Shown one piece after another: positions 29,146 to 36,798 of a DNA stretch of 47,601 nucleotides. A model generated the notes under the pieces. The model saw only the letters and a program-made list of their open reading frames with translations, was not told where the DNA came from and did not search any database. This DNA comes from a virus, in IMG/VR virus record IMGVR_UViG_3300025326_000063, one strand, 5' to 3'. The translations under genes were made by a program, and so were the position numbers. Numbering within the stretch: position 1 is the stretch's first letter; each line of letters starts with the position of its first letter.

Positions 29146-29500
29146 ACGGTTCTTGAAGAACCCGCCGGTTTACCGGCAGGGTACGTGCGACGTGCACTAT
29201 ATCCTTTTGGGCTACGGGCATCCGGTAATTGCCTACGGGTGGATTCGCGGATGGGACGAGAATTGGCCCGATAAATGCCTGGGTCTTCTCGTCCACCCCG
29301 AATGTCGGGGACGGGGTTATGGCGAGTTGACGTGCCGGTTCTTATTGCAGGCGGGCAAGGAACGGAATCTGGCTCGCGTGCGCCTGCACGTTGACCCCAA
29401 GAACGAGTTGGCTCTGAGTTTATATAAGAAGGTAGGTTTTGCTTTCGACGGTGCAAAAAGAGCGGACGGTGAGATGATAGGATTTTACTGTTATGAGTAA
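29078..29500 (+). CDS. GNAT-family N-acetyltransferase (PseH/LegH-like role possible)
   Basis: LLVHPECRGRGYGELTCRFLL is the acetyl-CoA motif R/QxxGxG. 140 aa. Confidence 0.7.
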   Translation: MMRGIVRPTKARLKAFFSQAQNERFLKNPPVYRQGTCDVHYILLGYGHPVIAYGWIRGWDENWPDKCLGLLVHPECRGRGYGELTCRFLLQAGKERNLARVRLHVDPKNELALSLYKKVGFAFDGAKRADGEMIGFYCYE

Positions 29501-29675
29501 TAAAGAATTGATAGATAGTTTGCGAGTAGCGCTTAAAAACACGAAATTTCGTCCCCCCGTAGCGTCAGGCGCGAAAATTGAGATTGACCGCCGGAAGATT
29601 AAGAAGGGTTCTTTTCCAAACTATGAGCGCGTACATAATAGCCGAAGCGGGTCTCGAAGCGAATGGCAGCACTAG
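29493..29675 (+). CDS. Doubtful small ORF between the GNAT and NeuB-like genes
   Basis: ATG overlaps the GNAT stop. The last third overlaps the NeuB-like start. Confidence 0.25.
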   Translation: MSNKELIDSLRVALKNTKFRPPVASGAKIEIDRRKIKKGSFPNYERVHNSRSGSRSEWQH

Positions 29676-30405
29676 TGCGGCTGCGCAGTTAATTTTTGCC
29701 GCGTCTTTCTCCGGTGCGGACTGCGTGAAGTTCCAGCTTTACAGCGAGGAGACCGCGAATAAGGTCGGCGGCCGTTTGCCCGCGTGCCGGTTGGACGTGG
29801 GGCAGTTTGAATATCTCAGAAAGTACACGGCCAAGTGTAATGGTATTGAATTTCTCTTATCTGCTTTTGATATGGAGAGTCTAAAACAGTGCAAACTATT
29901 GGGTTGTAAAGCCGTGAAGATACCATCCGTCTGCAACGAGAATTGGGATATGCTGCAATATGCGGATGACCATTTTGACGTCATATACGTCTCGTCGGGC
30001 TTGGCGGGGCTTATTGGCGTTCCAGCCAAGTGCCTAACCTTGCTTTGCACCTCTGTCTATCCCTGCCCGTTTGAGCAGGTGAATTTAAGGGCGATAACGA
30101 ACTATGACGGCCTTTCCGATCATACGATAGGCTGGGAAGTGCCCATAGCGGCGGTTGCCATGGGCGCGATGATTATCGAAAAACACTTGACAATATCTCG
30201 TAGCACCGACGGCCCGGACGCCTGCTGCGCCCTTGAGCCGATGGAATTTGCCGATATGGTCTATCGTATCAGAAACGTCGAAAAGGCTATGGGCGACGGT
30301 ATTAAGAAAATCGAGCCAGGGGAGATGGGATTACTCTGGCGGAAACAACTGGGGTGCACGAGACTTGAAGATGAGGAGTATGCCGAATGGCGAAAATCAC
30401 TTTAG
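29623..30405 (+). CDS. neuB: Nonulosonic acid synthase (NeuB/LegI/PseI family), TIM-barrel domain only
   Basis: MSAYIIAEAGLEANG...GADCVKFQ...GLSDHTIGWEVPIAAVAMGAMIIEKHLT. 260 aa, with no C-terminal SAF domain. Confidence 0.8.
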   Translation: MSAYIIAEAGLEANGSTSAAAQLIFAASFSGADCVKFQLYSEETANKVGGRLPACRLDVGQFEYLRKYTAKCNGIEFLLSAFDMESLKQCKLLGCKAVKIPSVCNENWDMLQYADDHFDVIYVSSGLAGLIGVPAKCLTLLCTSVYPCPFEQVNLRAITNYDGLSDHTIGWEVPIAAVAMGAMIIEKHLTISRSTDGPDACCALEPMEFADMVYRIRNVEKAMGDGIKKIEPGEMGLLWRKQLGCTRLEDEEYAEWRKSL

Positions 30406-31364
30406 TGGCAGGTAGTCGTTCCGACTACGGACTCTTAGAGCCGCTTTTGGAATGGTTGCAAGACCATAATTGCGGCGGGGGGGATACGAACACCCTAATT
30501 CAGCTTTTCGGAGCTTCTACGGCCTCTGGGTGGCCTTCTCGATGCTTCCGGGGGGCAAGTCTAAGGGTTGTGGAATGTTTCACGGATTCCGATAGTCCTG
30601 AAGGGGTCTGCGCCTCTATGGGACTGGTTTGTATGAAACTGCCACAGATATTGAAAGAAGGCGCTTATGAAAAAGTTATCGTTCTGGGCGACCGTTATGA
30701 AATACTTAGTGTGGCTTGTTGTGCTTATACTCTTGGCATACCTATTTCTCATATCGAGGGCAGCGATACGACTTTAGGCTCGCTGGACAACGGATACCGA
30801 GCGGCCATAAGGTCTTTGGCCGCCGAGCATTACGACGTGGAGGAATACGGGTCTTTGGGTTGTGTATTCCCGCCCGACGGCAATGGCCAACACTATCCGG
30901 CTCTGGTTGTGTTGATTTATCATTCGCACAAAGGCGACTGGGAAAGCGAATTGCGGGCTATTCTTGATGCTGTTAAACCTTATCGAACAGCAGCTTTTGG
31001 GTCGAATAAAGATGCAGACGGCAGAAAAATAAATCGGATTCTTAAAGAAAATGGAATTATTCCTCTTGACAATCTACCGCGTATGCAATATATTAACATA
31101 CTCAGAGACGCGGATTTCATTATCGGCAACAGCAGCAGTGGAATCATAGAAAGTGCTTCTCTTCACATTCCCGCTATAAATGTTGGGGATAGACAAAAAG
31201 GCAGAATGAGAGCCAAAAGCGTTATCCAAGCCGACGGAAGTGTGGAGAGTATTAAGCAAGCGATAGAAAAAATCAAAGACTTGCAAGACTTTGATTTTGA
31301 GAATCCGTATTTTAGACCTAATATTGTGGAGCGCATAGGCAAAGGGATTCTGGGTTATGCCTGA
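30387..31364 (+). CDS. neuC: UDP-N-acetylhexosamine 2-epimerase, hydrolysing type (NeuC/LegG family)
   Basis: KITLVAGSRSDYGLLEPLL...VLGDRYEILSVA...PISHIEGSDTT.G..D...R. Confidence 0.75.
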   Translation: MAKITLVAGSRSDYGLLEPLLEWLQDHNCGGGDTNTLIQLFGASTASGWPSRCFRGASLRVVECFTDSDSPEGVCASMGLVCMKLPQILKEGAYEKVIVLGDRYEILSVACCAYTLGIPISHIEGSDTTLGSLDNGYRAAIRSLAAEHYDVEEYGSLGCVFPPDGNGQHYPALVVLIYHSHKGDWESELRAILDAVKPYRTAAFGSNKDADGRKINRILKENGIIPLDNLPRMQYINILRDADFIIGNSSSGIIESASLHIPAINVGDRQKGRMRAKSVIQADGSVESIKQAIEKIKDLQDFDFENPYFRPNIVERIGKGILGYA

Positions 31365-31581
31365 GACAAAGATTTGCTCCAAGTGTCATAAAAAGCAACC
31401 CATTACTTCATTTCCGAAACGGCCCAATAGGAAAGCCGGATTACACGGCCACTGTTACGAGTGCCGTAGAAAATCAACACATAATTGGTATTTGCGGAAT
31501 AAGCAGCTGTGTGGACATTGTAACGCTTGTTTGGCTTGGTATGAGAACAAAAGAGTAATCGTAGAAAATTACTTACGGTAG
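31357..31581 (+). CDS. Stand-alone zinc-ribbon module (homing-endonuclease N-terminal domain homolog)
   Basis: MPETKICSKCHKKQPITSFPKRPNRKAGLHGHCYECRRKS. Overlaps the neuC stop by 8 nt. Confidence 0.5.
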   Translation: MPETKICSKCHKKQPITSFPKRPNRKAGLHGHCYECRRKSTHNWYLRNKQLCGHCNACLAWYENKRVIVENYLR

Positions 31582-31613
31582 AGAGGATCGGAAAAGGGAT
31601 TTTGGGCCGCTGA
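31578..31613 (+). pseudogene. Recoded duplicate of the last 10 codons of the NeuC-like gene
   Basis: GTAGAGAGGATCGGAAAAGGGATTTTGGGCCGCTGA translates to VERIGKGILGR*. The neuC end at 31326-31364 is VERIGKGILGYA*. Differences are almost all synonymous. Confidence 0.55.
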
Positions 31614-31657
31614 AAAGCGGAGGGATATACGACTTCATCGTTTCCCCTTTTTCAAAG

Positions 31658-31694
31658 CGCAAGTAGTGGTGCGCACTGCTACTTGCGTCTTATT
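31658..31694 (+). terminator. Hairpin (weak terminator or processing site) at the end of the glycan island
   Basis: CGCAAGTAG (31658-31666) pairs with CTACTTGCG (31679-31687), followed by TCTTATT. Confidence 0.35.
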
Positions 31695-31711
31695 AAAACG
31701 CGGAGAGAAAA

Positions 31712-32458
31712 ATGCCAAGTTTGCAACTTTCATTTTCGGAGCTTTACAACGCCGTTTCAAAGTACGCCGGCACGTATGGCTCGTCCGGCGTATCCGGTAC
31801 GGACCTTACCGACGCTAAGGATATGGTAAACGCGGCGTACCGAAGACTTCTTCTTAGCCATAATTGGACTTTCTTAACGCCTACCCGCCAGATTTCGACG
31901 GTGTCCGGCACGTGGCAATATGAGTTGCCCGCCGACTTTGTACGGATAAAGAGCACGTTCAGGTACTCGTCCGCCGACGCCTACCCGCCCCTGCGGGAGC
32001 GAATGTATGAGCAGATAGAGGAGTTTCGCGCCGTTACCGATACTACGGGTTATCCGACTTATTTTGCTCTTGTTGCAGGCGAGCACGCGTCCGAAACGGG
32101 TCAGAAATGGATAGTTACGTTCTTTCCTACTCCTGATGCCGCTTATACCCTTTACTATTCTCCTGAGATTTGGCCCGCAAAGATGGTGAACGACAGTGAT
32201 TTGCACATCGGCGGCCCGGACGTTTCGGAGGCTTTGAAAGAATTGGCAATCGCTCAGGCCGAAGCCGAATTGGACGAGCTTGCGCCTGACCAGTCCGTTC
32301 ACGAGAAGAAGGCCAGTGGCCTGCTTATGCAGGCGGTAATGAAGGACAACGAGCGGAGGGCGCATAATTTAGGCTATAACAACGACGAGAATATGGGCGG
32401 GGTAATTGATATAACTCGCGAATACAGGTTAAATGAAGTGAATATGGTTGACTTCTAA
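31712..32458 (+). CDS. Virion structural protein (head-tail adaptor/connector candidate)
   Basis: 248-aa ORF, the first gene after the island, with GGAGAGAAAA upstream. The call rests on position only. Confidence 0.45.
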   Translation: MPSLQLSFSELYNAVSKYAGTYGSSGVSGTDLTDAKDMVNAAYRRLLLSHNWTFLTPTRQISTVSGTWQYELPADFVRIKSTFRYSSADAYPPLRERMYEQIEEFRAVTDTTGYPTYFALVAGEHASETGQKWIVTFFPTPDAAYTLYYSPEIWPAKMVNDSDLHIGGPDVSEALKELAIAQAEAELDELAPDQSVHEKKASGLLMQAVMKDNERRAHNLGYNNDENMGGVIDITREYRLNEVNMVDF

Positions 32459-32469
32459 GGAGTTTTCAA

Positions 32470-32751
32470 ATGTCGAAAGGTAATTTAGCAGAGGAAATGG
32501 GCGGAATGATTCCGGGCTACGCCGCGAGTTCCGCGTTGAAGGTCATTTATCAGACTGAGAACGGTGTTGTGCTGGGTATATGCAGTCTGACGGCCTTTAC
32601 TGCGCTGACCGTCGGCGCGGATGCGGGCACTTACGTCTTTGCGCCAAACTGTCTGATAATGTCCATTAACAGCGTAGCGGCCAATTCGGTGCGCCTGGTC
32701 TGGAATACTGGTATTGGCACTGCGCCCATTTTCACCGGCTTGGTGAGTTAA
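32470..32751 (+). CDS. Small virion-module protein
   Basis: 93 aa with AAGGAG upstream. Confidence 0.5.
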   Translation: MSKGNLAEEMGGMIPGYAASSALKVIYQTENGVVLGICSLTAFTALTVGADAGTYVFAPNCLIMSINSVAANSVRLVWNTGIGTAPIFTGLVS

Positions 32752-32761
32752 GGAGGGTACC

Positions 32762-33076
32762 GTGGCGGACGAACACAAATATTGGAATACGACCAGGGAT
32801 ACCGTTTCTAAACAGTGGGGGGTAGTGGTTATCTCCACTGACGCCGCCGCTTACGTTTCAAGCCAGCCGTGTAAGGAATGTTGGATTAAAACAAAAGCGG
32901 GCAGCAGCGTCTATGTAACCTTCGATACTACGGCTACCGCGACTAACGGATTCCCCCTAACCGCGAACAGCTCGATGAATATGGCGGAAATTGGGCCCCT
33001 GCCCATAAGTAACCTAAGCATAATTAACCTCTTTCCTGTGGCTCTTTGTACCGTGTACATTCTTTGGCGCGCATGA
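32762..33076 (+). CDS. Small virion-module protein
   Basis: 104 aa. GTG start 4-5 nt after AAGGAGGG. Confidence 0.45.
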   Translation: MADEHKYWNTTRDTVSKQWGVVVISTDAAAYVSSQPCKECWIKTKAGSSVYVTFDTTATATNGFPLTANSSMNMAEIGPLPISNLSIINLFPVALCTVYILWRA

Positions 33077-33077
33077 G

Positions 33078-33545
33078 TTAGACAGCGTTTCGATGACATT
33101 TGCGGCAAAGAGGAATGACGTTAAGAAGATTGATTTTATCATATCCGCGCCAATGATGGTAGTCCATTGCCTGTGCGTGGCAATCGAAACATCGTAAGGT
33201 TTTAGCCGGAGGTATTTTGTGAGTGGCTATAGCACGCATAACTGCATTTCGGGCGCGTCCTATTTGGGGAGTATAATTTTTGTGCCAGTAGTGGCGCGCT
33301 GTTTCCAAGCCTTTTTGGCTATGTCTGTAGCGGTGCGCCGCTTCCAAGCCTTTTTTGCTATGACTGTAGCGGCGGACGTTTTCGTAGACAATTTTTTTGC
33401 CCTGCGCAGTTTGCCTGTAGGTAGCCACCGAAGCATTAGCGCATCGTTTACACCAGCTTTTATAACCTGATGGGCGGTCTTTTTGAATATAAAATTCGGA
33501 CAATGATTTGATTGTGTGGCAATGAGTACAAGTTCGTTTTTGCAT
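33078..33545 (-). CDS. HNH homing endonuclease with an N-terminal zinc-ribbon module (the only reverse-strand gene in the late region)
   Basis: CTHCHTIKSLSEFYIQKDRPSGYKSWCKRC, then HHWRGYDKINLLNVIPLCRKCH. Contains an internal 39-bp tandem duplication (about 33303-33380) encoding SHSKKGLEAAHRY / RHSQKGLETARHY. Confidence 0.8.
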   Translation of the reverse strand: MQKRTCTHCHTIKSLSEFYIQKDRPSGYKSWCKRCANASVATYRQTAQGKKIVYENVRRYSHSKKGLEAAHRYRHSQKGLETARHYWHKNYTPQIGRARNAVMRAIATHKIPPAKTLRCFDCHAQAMDYHHWRGYDKINLLNVIPLCRKCHRNAV

Positions 33546-33595
33546 AGGATTAAATTGTCTAATAAGCGTTGCGTTTTGTCAAGGGATTTTTGCTT

Positions 33596-33823
33596 ATGAA
33601 TATCGAATTGCCTTTTCCATTTTTGGGCTTAAATACGGGCGAGGCGGTCGATAAGCAGCCGCTCTACACTTCCGGGCACTTGAACAACGTGCGCCCTTAC
33701 GACGTTATGGAGATACGCAAACGCGGCGGGCAGAGGCCCGGCCTGGATAAGAAATACTCCGAACAGATAGGGACACAGGGATTCCCCGTCGTGGCAATGA
33801 CGGAAATTACAATGATAACTTGA
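33596..33823 (+). CDS. N-terminal piece of a tail tubular-B-like protein (separate 75-aa ORF)
   Basis: MNIELPFPFLGLNTGEAVDKQPLYTSGHLNNVRPYDVMEIRKRGGQRPGL resembles the T7 gp12-type N-terminus (GGISQQPD...VNG....GLQKRPP). Stop TGA at 33821. Confidence 0.5.
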   Translation: MNIELPFPFLGLNTGEAVDKQPLYTSGHLNNVRPYDVMEIRKRGGQRPGLDKKYSEQIGTQGFPVVAMTEITMIT

Positions 33824-33824
33824 A

Positions 33825-35978
33825 ATGACAATTACTGCCATATCATATACCAGCACGGTAGCGGGAATCACGGCAACTCAGACAACCTGGGGGTCTGGGG
33901 GCTATTATGGGATGTCCTTCACACCCTTGTTCCCGGCAATGATTTCGTCTTTTGCGTTTCAGTTGCAAAGAAGCGCAAATGCCGAAGGCGATTTGCGAAT
34001 TGATTTATGGTCGGCGATAGTATCAACGGGCTTGCCGGACGCTTTATTGGACTCGTCTTTTAATTCGGCTTATGTTAGTGGACTGCCGACGAGCCAGACT
34101 TTGGCTTATCAACCTTTTGCGTTTGCTACGGGTGTGCAACTTGCGGGGAATACTAAGTATGTAGCGACTGTGATTGCTTCATCGGTAGGCGCAGGCGAAG
34201 AGTTATTAGCGGGGATAGCGGGAAATTCCACTTATGATTACGGCGGCTCTGTTTATGCCGTTACTTCAAGCGGTACTTTTCTGGCCAATAGTAATATCGA
34301 CTATTTCTTCGAGTTATGGGCTGCTACTATCGGCTCGAATACTTTTACAAACAATTATCCCGACGACCGCAAGAGAAGCGCGAAGCTCGTCGCCGCAGCG
34401 AATAGCAGTATCTATCTGGAATCGCCTGCGGGAACGATGGCTGAAATTACAGTTTCGCGGGGCGCTATTGATATAAACCTTCCTATTGACCTTATTGGCG
34501 CTTACCAGAAGGTTTTCGTAGTCAATGGCGATAATCAGAAGATAATCGACTTCGTTAATACTCGATGCTATACAACTGCGTTAGGAGCGAATCCGCCCGA
34601 TGTTGGCAATGCTTTAACCGGCGGAACGAGCGGGGCGGCGATTGTCGTTGATTACGCGACGGATATAGGCGCTACGACCTCTCGGATTTACGGAGTCCCG
34701 CAGAATACGGCGGTCTTTACGGACGGAGAGACGATAACCGGCACAGACGACGACGGCAATGCAATATCGTTTGTACTCAATTCTGCGCTGGCCGCTACGA
34801 GCGTTCCTCACTTTTATGATTGGACTGTTTACGGGGCGAGCGCGACTTTCGGGACTTTTCCCACGAAGCCGACGCTTGGCTGTTTGTACCGGGGACGGAT
34901 GGTCTTAGCGGGTACGCCTTACGACCCGCACCAGTGGTATATGAGCAGGCAGGGCAATCCCTTCGACTGGAATTACGTCTCCGCCGATTCTCAGAGTCCC
35001 ATTGCGGGCAATGACGCCGACGTGGGTAAGGTAGGCGATATTATTCTGGCTTTGATTCCCCGCAAGGACGATTTCCTTATTGTTGGTTGCGCTAATTCTA
35101 TGTGGGTTATTCGGGGCGATCCCGCCGAAGGCGGCTCGCTTGACCCGATAACTCTATCAACGGGTATTTTTGGGCCTAAGAGTTTCTGCTGGGACGCTGA
35201 GGATAATATCTATTGGTTCGGTTCGGGCGGGATATACAAACTCTCCACCGGCGGCGAGGATTGGGGCACGGTCGAAAACCTTACCGCTAAGAGTATTCCC
35301 AAACTGATAGACGACGAGACTATCGACCCTACTCAGCACAGAATTACAATGGGCTACGACCGTATTCGGCACGGAATCTTAGTCTGCATTACTAAGGTTG
35401 TGGACAACACCAATTCCGCTTACTGGCTCGACTTGCGCACGGGCGGGATATTTCCTGAGTCCTATCCGGCAAACTGCGCCCCGATTAGTATGATGTTCTA
35501 TAACGCGGACGACGATGCTTACCGGAAATTATTGTTCGGGTGTGCGGACGGGTATATTCGCTCTTTCGACGATACTGCTAAAGTCGATGACGACGGTGCG
35601 ACGGACGCGGCGATTAGCGCCTACGTTACGTTAGGCCCGATGCCTATGAACCAAGACCCTGAACTTGAAGGTAGGATGATCGGCGGGTTCGTTACCCTTG
35701 CCGGCGGCGCTTCCGGCGGGGCATTTGACGATACCGACGGCTGCCAGTTGAATTTTTATCGCGGTAACGACGCGGAGACTGTTCTTGAAGATATTAAGGA
35801 CGGGGCAACGGCTTTCAATTCAGTAGCTTTTACGGGCACGGGCCGCAAGACGAAGATAAATACTAAGGTTAGAGGCAATTACATAGCAATTAAGGCTCAG
35901 ACAATCGCGTCGAATCAGACGTGGAGTTTTGAAAAATTCGTAGCTAACGTTAAGCCCGTTAAGGGCAGAGTAGAATAA
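33825..35978 (+). CDS. Large tail structural protein (tail tubular-B / nozzle-like body with an inserted beta-sandwich domain)
   Basis: 717 aa. CLYRGRMVLAGTPYDPHQWYMSRQGNPFDWNY and MWVIRGDP..GSLDPIT are typical of podovirus tail-hub proteins, by memory of the pattern. Confidence 0.55.
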   Translation: MTITAISYTSTVAGITATQTTWGSGGYYGMSFTPLFPAMISSFAFQLQRSANAEGDLRIDLWSAIVSTGLPDALLDSSFNSAYVSGLPTSQTLAYQPFAFATGVQLAGNTKYVATVIASSVGAGEELLAGIAGNSTYDYGGSVYAVTSSGTFLANSNIDYFFELWAATIGSNTFTNNYPDDRKRSAKLVAAANSSIYLESPAGTMAEITVSRGAIDINLPIDLIGAYQKVFVVNGDNQKIIDFVNTRCYTTALGANPPDVGNALTGGTSGAAIVVDYATDIGATTSRIYGVPQNTAVFTDGETITGTDDDGNAISFVLNSALAATSVPHFYDWTVYGASATFGTFPTKPTLGCLYRGRMVLAGTPYDPHQWYMSRQGNPFDWNYVSADSQSPIAGNDADVGKVGDIILALIPRKDDFLIVGCANSMWVIRGDPAEGGSLDPITLSTGIFGPKSFCWDAEDNIYWFGSGGIYKLSTGGEDWGTVENLTAKSIPKLIDDETIDPTQHRITMGYDRIRHGILVCITKVVDNTNSAYWLDLRTGGIFPESYPANCAPISMMFYNADDDAYRKLLFGCADGYIRSFDDTAKVDDDGATDAAISAYVTLGPMPMNQDPELEGRMIGGFVTLAGGASGGAFDDTDGCQLNFYRGNDAETVLEDIKDGATAFNSVAFTGTGRKTKINTKVRGNYIAIKAQTIASNQTWSFEKFVANVKPVKGRVE

Positions 35979-35988
35979 GGAGTTTATT

Positions 35989-36798
35989 ATGACAGCCTCG
36001 TGGTTAGGTAGCGATACGAGCGTTTACTATGCAGACCTTGTAGATGCCATTACAGGCGCTCAAGAAGAAGAGCAGGGCAGATACCAGGCTGGCTTACAGC
36101 CTTACGAAGAGGCTGCTCAATACTATGAGCCTGGGGGCGAATACGCTCAGCAACAGCCGAGTTATCTTTACAGCAGCTTTATCCAGCCTTATGTAGGCGG
36201 TAGCGGCGGTGCGCTTCGGAATCTATTCTCGACTACTAAGGCGGGCCAGATAAGTATGAAGGCCGCTCAGGAGGCGGAACTTCAGCGCGGGCAAATGTAT
36301 TCCTCGGCTCAGCAGGCACTTGGCGAGGCTACTCAGAGGTATCCGATGATGCCTACGTTTGGTACAATACCAGACGCAATAGCATCCGAGTATAAGGCTA
36401 ACGAGCAGCAGATAGAATCAAGTGGGGGCGGCTACTCAAACCCTACGTCCCCCCCGTCGTCAGCGGGGGAAAATGGTGGGGGAGCGGGAACCGAAGCAGC
36501 TGGTAGCGATAGCGGTACTTCCGGCGGTGGCGGTGGTGGTAGTACTTCCGGCGGTGGTGGTAGTAGTCAAGGTGAGTCTGCCTTGTGGATGGATATTAGT
36601 GGCAATTTGTATTGGGGTAATTATGGACAAGGTTCTTTAGATATGATGACTTATGTGGGCGGTTGGGATCAGTTATCGCAATTTTCCGGCAGTAGTGCTC
36701 CGATTACTTACGTCGATCCGAATACGGGACAAACTCAGAATATTGCGATGAGTGATTTCGTAAACCTCGCGGAGCAGTGGCTTGACGAGGGCGCTTAA
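35989..36798 (+). CDS. Gly/Ser-rich virion protein
   Basis: 269 aa. Contains SGGGGGGSTSGGGGSS. AAGGAG upstream. Confidence 0.5.
   Translation: MTASWLGSDTSVYYADLVDAITGAQEEEQGRYQAGLQPYEEAAQYYEPGGEYAQQQPSYLYSSFIQPYVGGSGGALRNLFSTTKAGQISMKAAQEAELQRGQMYSSAQQALGEATQRYPMMPTFGTIPDAIASEYKANEQQIESSGGGYSNPTSPPSSAGENGGGAGTEAAGSDSGTSGGGGGGSTSGGGGSSQGESALWMDISGNLYWGNYGQGSLDMMTYVGGWDQLSQFSGSSAPITYVDPNTGQTQNIAMSDFVNLAEQWLDEGA

Noticed and set aside
33816-33830. Programmed +1 frameshift joining the 75-aa and 717-aa tail ORFs
   Set aside because: The +1 frame is open for only 5 nt before the 0-frame stop. The site (ACU UGA A) lacks a slippery codon that would allow tRNA re-pairing. A TGA-A-ATG arrangement is equally consistent with ordinary translational coupling. 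The split-gene question is kept as a finding instead.
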